NCBI GenBank assembly: GCA_964016885.1
Contig: CAXHJY010000753.1
Span: 62,001-126,000, forward strand
Length of the DNA stretch: 64,000 nt
Source: Eledone cirrhosa
Lineage: Eukaryota
Reading direction: 5' to 3'
The position numbers and the translations under genes were made by a program. Below, in pieces: positions 41,735 to 56,910 of this stretch. Within the stretch, counting starts at the first letter, position 1. Each line of letters begins with the position of its first letter. The notes beneath the pieces were generated by a model that saw only the letters and a program-made list of their open reading frames with translations, was not told the DNA's origin and did not search any database.

Positions 41735-42365
41735 CTGTTTGTTTACAAACAAATAGGGGATTATAATAAATGTTCGGTAAACCCATACGTACATATATAT
41801 ATATGTGTACATGTATGTATATATACATACATACTACTGTACGTCTGTATACATATATGTATGTACGTATACATACTAAAATTTAAGTACCAGCCGTACT
41901 AAGAGTGAGAAATGAAATTTCGTTTCATTCTTTTCCATTTATCGTTTTCGGTGCGCCCGGCCGACTAACTCACTCGATAGGCAAATTAGGCTGCTCAGCC
42001 GTTAATATGCATAAGGAAAGTATATATTTTCAGACGTTCAACCATCTGACAGAAAGGTATACGATGCTGACGATAGCTAATAAGCTTGAAACTAGTACAT
42101 CGTTCCTGTGTCAGTGTTGAACAAAAAGGTGACGATGGTTGCCTGAACACTGTACGGCGTGATTCGGGCTGTTTGTTTACAAACAAACCGAGCATTATAA
42201 TAAATGTTCGGTAACCCATACGTACATATATATGTGTGCATGTATGTATATATATACATACTACTGTACGTCTCTATACATATATGTTTGTACGTATACA
42301 TACATACTTACATTTAAGTACCAGCCGTACTAAGAGTGAGAAATGAAATTTCGTTTCATTCTTTT

Positions 42366-42369
<4 letters not shown>
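41735..42369 (+). mobile_element. Family B: ~435-bp unit in partial tandem (~1.4 units) with one hammerhead
   Basis: 41735-41938 is repeated at 42168-42369. The 3' end TTTCATTCTTTTCCA abuts (TA)n. Confidence 0.85.
42061..42103 (+). ncRNA. Minimal type-I hammerhead ribozyme motif (family B)
   Basis: ACGATG-CTGACGA-T-AGCT AATA AGCT-T-GAAA-CTAG-TA-CATCGT. Identical at 56107-56149. Confidence 0.85.
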
Positions 42370-42434
<65 letters not shown>

Positions 42435-42437
<3 letters not shown>

Positions 42438-42682
42438 TAATAATAACAAATTTGAAGACTAAAATCCAAAGAGGGCTCGATAAGATTAAATATATATCAA
42501 ATATATAAGGGCGAAAGCACGATTCTTTGCTTAAACTTTAATCTGTTATTTTAATAAATATATATATATATATATATATAATAATAATAATGATATTATT
42601 TATAGTTATGTATATACTATAAACAGGAAAGTTCAGTAATTGTCAGCGCTTAAATGATTTGAACATAACGTTGATATTTGTG

Positions 42683-42730
<48 letters not shown>

Positions 42731-42830
42731 ATACTAATAAATTTCAAGACTAAAATCCAAAGAGGGCTCGATAAGGATAAATATATATCAAATATATAAG
42801 AACCGTAGAGCAAATCTGTTATTTTAATAA
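42435..42830. mobile_element. Two short inverted-junction fragments of family N
   Basis: 42437-42560 and 42727-42830 match 56478-56704 in mixed orientation. A further fragment lies at 60660-60750. Confidence 0.7.
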
Positions 42831-42835
42831 ATATA

Positions 42836-44840
<2,005 letters not shown>

Positions 44841-44877
44841 AAGGATTGAGCAATAAATCTCCTATGTAACATCTCTA

Positions 44878-45027
44878 CTTTGTTCTTATTGCATACACTC
44901 TGCTCTGCATCGAGATATAGAAATTGCTTCTACAGGACTAGAACTGTTTCATTTGGGAGAAATCATCAGGAAGCCTTGATGATTTCTCCCCCAATGAAAC
45001 AGTTCTAGTCCTGTAAAAGCAATTTAT
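44878..45027 (-). mobile_element. Short fold-back element with hammerhead (family F)
   Basis: Minus strand GCTTC-CTGATGA-TTTCTCCCAAAT-GAAA-CAG TTCTAGTC CTG-TA-GAAGC (44925-44979), mirrored at 44982-45027. Confidence 0.75.
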
Positions 45028-45030
45028 ATG

Positions 45031-45069
<39 letters not shown>

Positions 45070-45164
45070 AACGATCGACTTTCGTCAAATCGGACCGAGG
45101 GAACAATGTTTCCGTTGGTCTTTCCAGTTGCTAATACTATCTATCGGTCGCAACTCCAGGTAGA

Positions 45165-45682
<518 letters not shown>

Positions 45683-45687
<5 letters not shown>

Positions 45688-46102
45688 AAAGAATAGAGGT
45701 GTAACACACAAGTTATAATATATTGGTAAACGGAATAGAAAATGCTGACAAATTGTTCACAGTTGAAAAATGGTTTAATTAGGAATAAAAGAGTAATAGT
45801 AATTGTATGGGTTAGTATTCAGTTGTGGTTTTAAGTTTTTACCGGTTGCGCATTTCTAAATGCTTTTCAAAAATAATTTTGAGATAGAGTGTCCGTGTTG
45901 TTTGCTCTGATCAGAGCAAACAACACAGACACTCTATCTCAAAATTATTTTTGAAAAGCATTTAGAAATGCGCAACCGGTAAAAACTTAAAAACTTAAAA
46001 CCACAACTGAATACTAACCCATACAATTACTAATACTCTTTTATTCCTAATTAAACCATTTTTCAACTGTGAACAATTTGTCAGCATTTTCTATTCCGTT
46101 TA

Positions 46103-46107
<5 letters not shown>
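45683..46107. mobile_element. Spacer-less fold-back of a Neptune-related pseudo-LTR (family E)
   Basis: Arms 45721-45910 and 45911-46107, centred on TGATCA. TTGAAAA-GCATTT AG AAATGC-GCAA-CCGG-TA in each arm. Tail 45683-45720. Confidence 0.85.
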
Positions 46108-46188
<81 letters not shown>

Positions 46189-46192
<4 letters not shown>

Positions 46193-46853
46193 TACTTTGG
46201 GAGGGTCATGTTGCCAATAAGAAACACACGCACCAGTTGCTTTCACTTCAATTTATTATATATTTATAAATTTATAAATTTACAAATTTACAAACTTATA
46301 AATTTCTGGTTGGTTGGTTGGTTCCACAACCAGATAGTTGTTTATATATAGTCATAGTCCTTTCGTCACACACTCTGTGACCTCTTCAGTGACTGGGGAT
46401 TCCTTTCCTTTGTTTCTGTGCCTTTCCTTTCTTCGATCCTACGCCATTTTGTTTCTGTGTGTGTGTTGTGTGCTCAGTTTGCGCATGCGCCACATCCGCA
46501 AACTGAGCACACAACACACACACAGAAACAAAATGGCGTAGGATCGAAGAAAGGAAAGGCACAGAAACAAAGGAAAGGAATCCCCAGTCACTGAAGAGGT
46601 CACAGAGTGTGTGACGAAAGGACTATGACTATATATAAACAACTATCTGGTTGTGGAACCAACCAACCAACCAGAAATTTATAAGTTTGTAAATTTGTAA
46701 ATTTATAAATTTATAAATATATAATAAATTGAAGTGAAAGCAACTGGTGCGTGTGTTTCTTATTGGCAACATAACCCTCCCAAAGTATAACAATATCGGT
46801 TTCAACACACGATTTCAGATAAAGAATCTTGCTAAACAAATTCAGAAACGAAA
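46189..46853. mobile_element. Fold-back PLE pseudo-LTR, ~295-bp arms, two hammerheads (family I)
   Basis: Arms 46189-46483 and 46497-46791. HHR at 46586-46630 (+) with a mirror copy. Tail identical to 11694-11750. Confidence 0.88.
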
Positions 46854-46871
46854 TATATATATATATATATA

Positions 46872-47273
46872 TTAGGAGCTTATTATAAAGAGTGATTTCC
46901 AAATATACTATACATACATTTCATGTATACATCGCTATTTCAGAGCACCAGTCCTAATAGCTAATTTTTGCTGGACCGGCAATCGCTCTTTATTATCAGC
47001 TCCTGATTATTACTGGAATTCTATAAGCATCCAGCTTCTATAAAACTTTCGGCAGAAGCAGGGAGTGCGTGGCTCTGATAATCGACAAACAGCGTGAAAC
47101 AGATTGTTAGCTTCTCTCCCTTCTTTCGCCGAAAAGAAGTAAGTGACATAGTCACTACTTGAAAACCGATAGCGGATGGTCTACAAAATGTTTTTAATTA
47201 AACATACGGTATATTGCCAAATATACTATACATACATTCATGTATACATCGCTATTTCAGAGCACCAATCCTA
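46872..47273 (+). mobile_element. Family M: ~318-bp unit in partial tandem with hammerhead and short 5' inversion
   Basis: Direct repeat 46899-46956 / 47217-47273. HHR 47071-47112. 46872-46900 is an inverted copy of 46978-47006. Confidence 0.8.
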
Positions 47274-47287
47274 GAAAGAAAGAAATA

Positions 47288-47367
<80 letters not shown>

Positions 47368-47838
47368 AGATGTAAACGAGGGAGATAGAAATGGATATGT
47401 TTCATCTTTACATATGTTTATATGTGTATGACATGACGAGCGCTTGTAATGAACGTGGTTGTAGTTGTTGGAATCACAGTAAGTTGGAAACAGTTAGGCA
47501 TCTGGTGTGCAGTTGTGTGTTTTTGACTATAGTGGAGGTGATTATAACGTGGCCAGACTGTTAGCAGTGTTTAGAATACGTTTAATCTGATTCTAATTTC
47601 TTCGATCCGAAGCTGTGTGATATATATTTATAACACGCTGACAACACGTAGTGGCTGTGTTATACAAGAACAGATGAGTGAATGTAGGTGGTTTGGTGTA
47701 TTAATGGTTTATTAATGGTTTGGTATATTATGGAAGGCGTGGTGTCTGAGAGCTTGAATTTTCTGGTGAAAGACAATAACATTTTGTTGGACCACGTTGG
47801 TTTAGAAAAACTACAGATAGAGAGAGAAATGGAGGAAT

Positions 47839-47911
<73 letters not shown>

Positions 47912-47951
47912 AGAGAAAGGGGGAAATGTATATATATATATCCATTATCTT

Positions 47952-48001
<50 letters not shown>

Positions 48002-48331
48002 AAGACAGAGAGGGGGAGGAGGGGGGAGAGGGAGAAGGACAAAATGAAAGAATGGCAGATTGGGAAAAACAAAGTAAAAATGGTAAAATACAAAGAGAGA
48101 CTGAGGGAGAGAGAAATAGGAGAAAGTGAGAAAATGAAAATGAGAATAAAGAAATGCAAAGAAAAAGAGACGAAAAATGTGGGATAACCTACAGGAATGT
48201 GTATGTCTGTGTGTGTATGTGTGTGTATGTGTGTAGGTGTGTGCGTGTGTGAACGTATGTGCGCGTGTGTTTATGCATATAGATAGACGTACAAAAAGAT
48301 AGATGAGTCTGTGTATATACACACACACAAA

Positions 48332-48375
<44 letters not shown>

Positions 48376-48901
48376 AACACACACACACAAACACACACAT
48401 ACATACACACACACACAAATACACACCCACAAACACATACACATTCACACACATACACAAACACAAACACAAACACAGACACACATACACACATACACAG
48501 ACACATGCATACACACACATACACACAAACACACACACATTCATATACACACAAACATACACACACAAACATACACACACACACTATGCACTCATTTACA
48601 AAGATATACACACAGACATACTCACATTCAACCTCTGTGTGCGAGTATGATAAAGGCATGCTGGTGAAAATCAAATGAGAAAAAGTTTATCATTTTTGTG
48701 AAAAACTGGCATTTGTTTCTATGTGTGTGAAATAAGAGACATCGGTTGGGATAAATGACTGCCAAAATATGACGCTATCAATCAATACTAGTTATAGAGA
48801 AATATCAAACAAAGGAAGTTATTAAATGCCTATGTATTATACATATAAATATAAATATATTTTCAATGAAAGCATACATACGTTGACTCTCACACACACA
48901 C

Positions 48902-48941
<40 letters not shown>

Positions 48942-48976
48942 GGAAAAAAATGAAACGAAATTTCATTTCTCACTCT

Positions 48977-49022
<46 letters not shown>

Positions 49023-49126
49023 AATATATATATATATGTGTGTGTGAGTATATATATATATATATACACATATATACATATATATATATATGTCTGTGTG
49101 TGAGTATATATATATATATATACACA

Positions 49127-49184
<58 letters not shown>

Positions 49185-49506
49185 GGAATTAGATGTAAAT
49201 ATATATGTGTATATATATACATAGATATATATGTGTGTGTATATATATAAATGTGTGTGTGTGCACAAGTAGGTATAGTTATTATTTATACATTATTGAT
49301 TAATAATATTTATTTGTGTAGCTTTAAAGCATCTGAATGATGAAAATATTCTCATTTTTAAAAGTAAGATCGTCAATGGTGGAAGTTTACGCTGATGACG
49401 TTTACAGACAGATCGATTCCATATTGGGTTTTTTTCTTTCAACACTGTTTCTGTAGGTAGATATCTGTAGAAAACAATGCTGGTGGAGTGAACATGTTTG
49501 TGAGTT

Positions 49507-49802
49507 CGGGGTTTCTATGGTGAAATGGCTGGGTTTAGTGCGGGGTTCCTATGGTGAAAATGGCTGTTTTAGTGCAGGGTTCCTATGGTGAAAATGACTG
49601 GGTTTAGTGCGGGGTTCCTATGTTGAAAATGGCTGGGTTTAGTGCGAGGTTCCTATGTTGAAAATGGCTGGTTTTAGTGCGGGGTTCCTGTGATGAAAAT
49701 GGCTCGGTTTAATGCGGTGTTCCTATGGTGAAAATGGCTGATTTTAGTACGGGGTTCCTATGGTGAAAATGGCTAGGTTTAGTGCGGGGTTCCTATGGTG
49801 AA
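49507..49802 (+). repeat. 35-bp minisatellite, ~8.5 copies
   Basis: Consensus CGGGGTTCCTATGGTGAAAATGGCTGGGTTTAGTG, starting at 49541, 49575, 49610, 49645, 49680, 49715, 49750 and 49785. Confidence 0.92.
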
Positions 49803-50166
49803 ACAAAACGTTGTCACGAAATGACAACAGGCCATGCATGTCGAGTTATTTTCAGAGGGGCGTCTGCCCAAAGAGCAAGGTCAATATTGAGGAAATGATG
49901 GCAATAAAATTTAGAGCAAACGCTTGGTAATAAAGATTAATTCAATGTCATAATCAATAAAATAAAAGTAAGATGATATAACTGGCTGGAAAACGTATTC
50001 GTATGATAAATGGAAATGTATTGTGGCTCTATTTTTGTGTTGAATGTCAAAGGTGGAAGAAATACTAAAAATAACCAGGCAATGAATGCTAAAGAATGAA
50101 CAGAACAGCATAGGATAGACTAGGTGGTATGTGAGATAGTATGTGTTAGCATAATATAACCCAATC

Positions 50167-50357
50167 GGGCGGTGGATTGGCAGTATCGGTAGAGGGTCGG
50201 ACGCCAAGCTTTTCAGCACAGTTACGTCCCTTTACGGACTGAGTTCAAATCCCGCCGAGGTTAACTTTGCCTTTCATCCTTACGGGGTTGATAAAATAAA
50301 GTACCAGTAATACACTGGGATAATTGCTGGCCTTGTGCCAAAAGTAGAAACAATTAT
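50167..50357 (+). mobile_element. Full-length tRNA-derived SINE family K (Meta-like central domain)
   Basis: A-box-like TGGCAGTATCGG, B box GTTCAAATCC, central AACTTTGCCTTTCATCCTT..GATAAAATAAAGTACCAG. About a dozen copies or fragments in the window. Confidence 0.85.
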
Positions 50358-50767
50358 ATATGAGTTGTAGTTGAAGAGATGATTGAATGCATCAAATACT
50401 TATCATTGGAACTCGGAGATGCAGCACAAAATAGATGGTTGGTGATGGAAAATCAAATGTGATGGATAGACCTCAAATGAAGGTATATTCTAGCTGGTCA
50501 CAAATGTAGAATTCAATGTTGTCATGGTAAAAAGAAAAGTCTTTATAAACACTACGTTTGTTAATTAATTATAAGTACTACATTTGTTAATTAATGTTTG
50601 AAACACGTTGCTGAGATAACATTTGTCAATCAAACGAATCGTTTACGAGAGGATTTGCTCTTGGACTTCATTCACTTAGCAAATTCCTTTCCACCAGCAA
50701 TTAACTTCATAGATACGATCAATGATTTTGCGGTTAACTTAATCGGCTTCAATTGATCTATATCAAT

Positions 50768-51480
50768 ACCGTATCATATGGCAATATAAGATGTAACTAA
50801 CGTGTTTCCCCCATTATAAGCCATGGCTTATATTAATTTTTACTCCGAAATGTACCACTACGGGGGTTCATATACCGAAAAGACGACACTACGAAACTGA
50901 AAATTACAAATTCGCGAAACAATCGGTATTTACGCGCAACGTTTACTTGAAAGATCAAATTTATTAAAAATTAACACACCCTTTAATTCAAAAATTCATG
51001 AGTGAAATAATCCACTAATTTATTCAAAAATAATCATGTCATCCTGCTCTGGAATGTCATTGTTTTCCAAATCAGTGGATTCAATGATTCCTGTGGAATT
51101 TTCTTCTGACTCAATTGCCTGCAGAATTTTCGTCCCTAGTCTTTCATATTGAGCGATAGAGGTCGAATTGAATGGAGAGTTCTTATCCAGATAGCCTGCT
51201 CGTAGTGTATTCATGACACAGTTATCTGTGATTTTGTTCCATGAATTTCTCACCCAAGACAAGATCTCTTGAAAGCTGGGCTTCACGAAATTTCCTCACT
51301 TATTTCTCGCCATTCTGTTTTCGATGTAGTCATTTATTTCCATGCGCAGATGGTCCTTGAATGGTTTCTTCAGTACGATGTGAAGAGTCTGGAGATGGGC
51401 GGTCGTTCCTGCGGGAATCATGATTTGATCGATTCTTCTTTCTGCAAGAAAGTTCTTCATATCTTCATGAGGTCATATGC
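50768..51480 (-). mobile_element. 3' remnant of a pogo/Tigger-family DNA transposon (DDE_1 C-terminus, TIR)
   Basis: Minus strand IPAGTTAHLQTLHIVLKKPFKDHLR..*GNFVKPS..ILSWV..SW..I, with a stop. TIR-like TACCGTAT..TATAAG at 50767-50790. Confidence 0.8.
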
Positions 51481-52225
51481 TGCTCAAGATTAACTTTACT
51501 CTTTGAATCTATAACAGAATACTAATATATATACAGTTGAATGAACCCCTTTTGCACACATTTACACAGGAATCTATATGTAATTATAACTTTCGGGTAC
51601 TTCATATACTATTCTAGCAATTTGAGGATTGTCTGCTATCTAGAAATCCCTCCCAGTATATATGTTCTCCTGCAGCCGTCGAACAACTGTTCAATAAAAA
51701 CATTCACCACGTCAATTTTGCAAATCTGGAAACGCCTGCAAAATCAATGTGTACAGCACATTCTTTCAAACCAGAACAATATATTTTTTTTTAATCACTT
51801 TGGAGTTAAACTCTACTGTCTCACAAACGGGAAAGGAAAGGCGGGTGTTATACGTATTTCCAGATATCTAAAGAGAAAAGCCACTGGATTGCAGCTGAGA
51901 AGAATTTGTTTTATAGATCTGCTCGACCTGTACTGACCAAGGGCTAATCAAACACAAAAATCTTTCTGCAAATTCAAGAAAAGAGCAATAATTAAATTTT
52001 TTTTTAATATAAACTATATTTTAACCAAACGAATCTATAATAAAAACACAAATTTCTGTTCTTTTCTGGATAAAAAATCAATTCCTATTTGGATAATAAA
52101 AAGACAAAAGCAAGGACTAACATCAAAATATTTGAATATCAGAAATTAATCTTAATATAAAACCCATATATACACATATATATACATATATGTACAGATA
52201 TGTACACACACACATACACACACAA

Positions 52226-52258
<33 letters not shown>

Positions 52259-53164
52259 CACATACATGTATGGAAAAAGAAGGATATATACATATATATA
52301 TATGTGTGTGTGTGGGGGGGGGGGGTGTACGTATATATACATACATAATACACACACTATATTGCAATGAATCAATGAAGGAAATATCATGAAATTATTA
52401 AAGACAGTAAACATATTCTCCTGTGTCTAAATTAAAAATATAAATCACTGATAATAAACAACCCTGTAGCATTCTAATGACAGTTATTTTAATCACAGTA
52501 AACGATCAGTGGTTATAAACAAGATATTATAAAGCTGCGAGCAATTTTAATTCCCTTTTTCCTCTTCTTATCCTTGATTCGTGACGAAATGTTACTTTCA
52601 TTGGTTGATTCTCATCACGTTTCCTTGTTGTTTTCTTCTACGTGTGTTTGATACGATCAGTAGGATAAAAAGAGGGAGCATTTTTTTCTAACCTCTTGTC
52701 ATATTTTTAAGCATTTCTTTGATGAATTATAGAGTTGGTAGCCTATATTTATTATTTATTGGTTGCTTTATATTTATTCATCATTGATGAGTACGTTTAT
52801 GAGGTGTTTTGTTGTTATGTGTCTGTGTATGACTCTGATTTGTCATATTTTATATCGTAATTTGTTTTATCATTTTTTTACAGTAATAATTTATTGATAA
52901 TTTGAATTTATGAAATCATCATTATTTATAAAGTTGTTGTTTTGTTTGTTGCTTTTGTTCTTTTTGTTGTTGTATTTTTAATAACTAATATCCATCTCCT
53001 CTTTTTATATATCAACGATATCCTTTCCTTTTACATATCAACAGCTAGGGTATTTACGGGTTAGATGGTCTGTGTAGTCTACTATCATTAATGAAATTCA
53101 TGGAACAATAAAGACTTCATTTATCTTTTCTCTCTTGTTTGTTCTCTTTCTATATATCTATATA

Positions 53165-53309
53165 TGATAACAGAACACTGGTGGGTTATATCCGTAGTAT
53201 TAGACCACTCAGTCCATGGGACGAGTTTGGTTGAAGTGGTTCCACAACAGTTAGTTCACCATACCGAGAACAAACATTTCACCTTATTCGGATCCTCAGC
53301 TCGGTCTAA
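53165..53309 (-). mobile_element. Family L pseudo-LTR 3' end with hammerhead and tail
   Basis: ACCGAG-CTGAGGA-TCCGAATAAGGT-GAAA-TGTTTG-TT-CTCGGT (53263-53305). Tail hairpin 53207-53226. TA-flanked. Confidence 0.75.
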
Positions 53310-53329
53310 ATATATATATATATACATAC

Positions 53330-53466
<137 letters not shown>

Positions 53467-54227
53467 TGTGTGTGTGTTTGTGTGCACGTGTGAGGATTAG
53501 GGGAGCGCATGGCCTAATGAGGCTCATTCCTCCTTTTAAAATGGGAATCAGCTTCATACACATATATATATGTATATACTGATGTATGTATTCATACATG
53601 CATATTTTTTATCAGGCATATTTGCACATATACCATAAACAATCCGCATTATAATTCCTTTCATTTTTTCAAGTTATTTCTTTATAACTATTTGAACTAA
53701 GAAATATCATCTAGTGGAAAAATGTATAACCATTGATGATTTATATTTTTTGTGTTAGTTAACCCTAAATTATATTTAGGCTACCAAAAATTGATCAAGC
53801 AGTGTTTTGTTCAAAGTATTCGAATTCTAAATTTCCCATCTGTTCGACTGAATCTGTAAATAACTTTATCAAAAGTGTTCTTTTCATTATGAAGACATTA
53901 AAATTTTATTTGAGAAAAATGGCGTATTGTACTAGTATACCGATGGATCACATAGAAACTCCTTTGTTTACAGAGGAAATCTGTATCTAATCAGGACAAC
54001 TACTTGTTTAAATCCTTTCTTATGCTCACAAAATATCTTTCGTTGCCGAGTAGTGCCTACCCAGGCTTCCAATTTAAAAGTAGTATGTCTGGTTGTTTTA
54101 AACAATATCGCATACTTAAAGGTTTTGGCATTGTTCCAGTGATGCAATATCAACAACTGGACTTTCAGAAAAAAATACAACATGCATTTACTTTCCCCTG
54201 GTGAATAGCCAAATTTGATATATGATA

Positions 54228-54280
<53 letters not shown>

Positions 54281-54427
54281 GATAAATCTACCAAGAGTTT
54301 ACGGTAGTGTCCAATCCGTATGAAGAACTCAATGTACAATTATAACACATATATACCCTAGAAACGATCGTTAAATAATGAACTTTTTTTGTTTAATATA
54401 AGGAATTGTTTATTCATTATTTGTTTA

Positions 54428-54493
<66 letters not shown>

Positions 54494-54496
<3 letters not shown>

Positions 54497-54616
54497 GGTG
54501 GCCCAAAAGTCGCGATACATAAAAAAATAATTATGTTTTATAAGAAACAATTTATTCAAAATAAATAAATATGGAAACTTTAAAATATCCTATGTATTGC
54601 GACTTTTGGGCCACCC

Positions 54617-54618
<2 letters not shown>
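54494..54618. mobile_element. Tc1/mariner-type MITE (125 bp)
   Basis: ~28-bp TIRs CAGGGTGGCCCAAAAGTCGCGATACATA / TATGTATTGCGACTTTTGGGCCACCCTA in a TA context. Confidence 0.85.
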
Positions 54619-54650
<32 letters not shown>

Positions 54651-54697
54651 GATATATGTAAATAGCGGCAGAACACTGGTGGATTATATCCGCCATA

Positions 54698-54741
<44 letters not shown>

Positions 54742-54744
<3 letters not shown>

Positions 54745-54886
54745 AAAATGTTTGACCCCGACGGCAGAGCTCAAGCCGTTTCGACGGCTATTTCTGGGTC
54801 CAAAAATATTTCCCACTCTACTACCCTAAGTATTGAGTACTCTGGTGTGTTAGGGTCCATCTGGTTCCTTACAACACCTCATTCGT

Positions 54887-54888
<2 letters not shown>
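54742..54888. mobile_element. Family C fragment with 5' inversion
   Basis: Inverted 60 nt joined to the family C tail. Confidence 0.78.
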
Positions 54889-54919
<31 letters not shown>

Positions 54920-54944
54920 CTGCGTGTGTGTGTGTGAGAAATAT

Positions 54945-55150
54945 ACAGATGTGAGAAAAACCACAGACCCTCCATCTCAACCTTACTTTTGAAAAGCAGA
55001 ACTGCGAAACCGGTAAAGGGACCAAATAAATATATATATATTTTTTTTTAAAAGATTCCAGTTGCATTTTCGATTTCATCTTTTTTCCTTATACCTTCAC
55101 TCGTGTAGGACATCTCGGTTAATTTTGTTAAAAAAAAACTCACCTTCTAA
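54945..55150 (+). mobile_element. Solo family D (Neptune) pseudo-LTR with U3-A8 hammerhead and tail
   Basis: Matches 32727-32878. CTT-TTGAAAA-GCA GAAC TGC-GAAA-CCGG-TA-AAG at 54986-55018. Confidence 0.8.
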
Positions 55151-55161
55151 TATATATATAT

Positions 55162-55920
55162 ATATTAGAAAGTGAGTTTATATATACATACATACATACT
55201 TACTATTAGAAAGTGAGTTTATATATACATACATACTTACTTACTATTAGAAAGTGAGTTTATATATACATACATACATACTTACTATTAGAAAGTGAGT
55301 TTATATATACATACATACATACTTACTATTAGAAAGTGAGTTTATATATACATACATACATACTTACTATTAGAAAGTGAGTTTATATATACATACATAC
55401 ATACTTACTATTAGAAAGTGAGTTTATATATACATACATACTTACTATTAGAAAGTGAGTTTATATATACATACATACTTACTATTAGAAAGTGAGTTTA
55501 TATATACATACATACTTACTATTAGAAAGTGAGTTTATATATACATACATACTTACTTACTATTAGAAAGTGAGTTTATATATACATACATACATACTTA
55601 CTATTAGAAAGTGAGTTTATATATACATACATACATACTTACTATTAGAAAGTGAGTTTATATATACATACATACATACTTACTATTAGAAAGTGAGTTT
55701 ATATATACATACATACATACTTACTATTAGAAAGTGAGTTTATATATACATACATACATACTTACTATTAGAAAGTGAGTTTATATATACATACATACAT
55801 ACTTACTATTAGAAAGTGAGTTTATATATACATACATACATACTTACTATTAGAAAGTGAGTTTATATATACATACATACATACTTACTATTAGAAAGTG
55901 AGTTTATATATACATACATA
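55162..55920 (+). repeat. 19-copy tandem array of a 37-41 bp chimeric unit
   Basis: TATTAGAAAGTGAGTTTATATATACATACATACATACTTAC, counted 19 times. Confidence 0.95.
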
Positions 55921-56428
55921 GTTACATTTAAGTAAGTGCCGTACTAAGAGTGAGAAATGAAATTTCGTTTCATTCTATTCCATTTATCGTTTTCGGTGCG
56001 CCCGGCCGACTGAACTCACTCGATATGCAAATTAGGCTGCTCAGCCGTTAATATGCATAAGGAAAGTATATACTTTCAGATGTTCAACCATCTGGCAGGA
56101 AGGTATACGATGCTGACGATAGCTAATAAGCTTGAAACTAGTACATCGTTCCTGTGTCAGTGTTGAACAAAAAGGTGACGTGGTTGCCTAAACACTGTAC
56201 GGCGTAATTCAGGCTGTTTGTTTGTTTACAAACAAACAAACCGAGCATTATAATAAATGTTCGGTAAACCGATACGTGCATATATATATGTGTGCATGTA
56301 TGTATATATATACATACTACTGTACGTCGGTAAACATATATGTATGTACGTATACATATATATTTACATTTAAGTAAGTGCCGTACTAAGAGTGAGAAAT
56401 GAAATTTCATTTCATTCTATTCCATTTA
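55921..56428 (+). mobile_element. Family B partial-tandem element with intact hammerhead (56107-56149)
   Basis: Terminal direct repeat 55923-55986 / 56366-56428. Same 3' end as 42369. Confidence 0.85.
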
Positions 56429-56430
56429 TA

Positions 56431-56477
<47 letters not shown>

Positions 56478-56483
<6 letters not shown>

Positions 56484-56701
56484 TAAAATAACAGATTAAA
56501 GTTTAAGCAAAGAAAAGCTGCTTTCACCCTTAACGGGATCTTCTGAAACTAAGACCCCGTTAAGGGTGAAAGCAGCGATTTTTTGCTTAAACTTTAATCT
56601 GTTATTTCAATAAATATTTGCTCTACGGTTCTTATATATTTGATATATATTTATCCTTATCGAGTCCTTTTGGGATTTTAGTCTTCAATTTATTATTATT
56701 A

Positions 56702-56704
<3 letters not shown>
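56478..56704. mobile_element. Fold-back element with half hammerhead and tail (family N)
   Basis: Arms 56478-56542 and 56551-56615. ACCC CGTTAA GGGT-GAAA-GCAGC. Tail 56617-56704. Confidence 0.75.
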
Positions 56705-56764
<60 letters not shown>

Positions 56765-56765
<1 letters not shown>

Positions 56766-56910
56766 TAATATATCCTATGTTTAATTAAAGACATTTAGAA
56801 GACCATACACTATCGGTTTTAAAGTACTGACTTTGTCACTTCTTTTTGGTGAAAGAAGGGAGAGAAGCTGACAGTCTGTTTCACGCTGGTTTGCGTTCAT
56901 CAGAACCACG
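56765..56910 (-). mobile_element. Family M fragment with intact-looking hammerhead (56866-56907)
   Basis: GGTT-CTGATGA-ACGC AAACCA GCGT-GAAA-CAGACTG-TC-AGCT. Confidence 0.78.

Noticed and set aside
45062-45135. Hammerhead-like GACGAAAGTCGATC on the minus strand
   Set aside because: Core and stem I cannot be assembled convincingly.
46338-46642. Near-identical 67-aa ORFs on opposite strands
   Set aside because: Artefact of the fold-back palindrome.
51850-51945. Possible host exon (ISKEKSHWIAAEKNLFYRSARPVLTK after TTCCAG)
   Set aside because: No canonical donor, no recognisable homology and no partner exons.
55162-55920. CRISPR-like appearance of the 41-bp array (and of 49507-49802)
   Set aside because: No unique spacers, no cas genes, and the context is eukaryotic.
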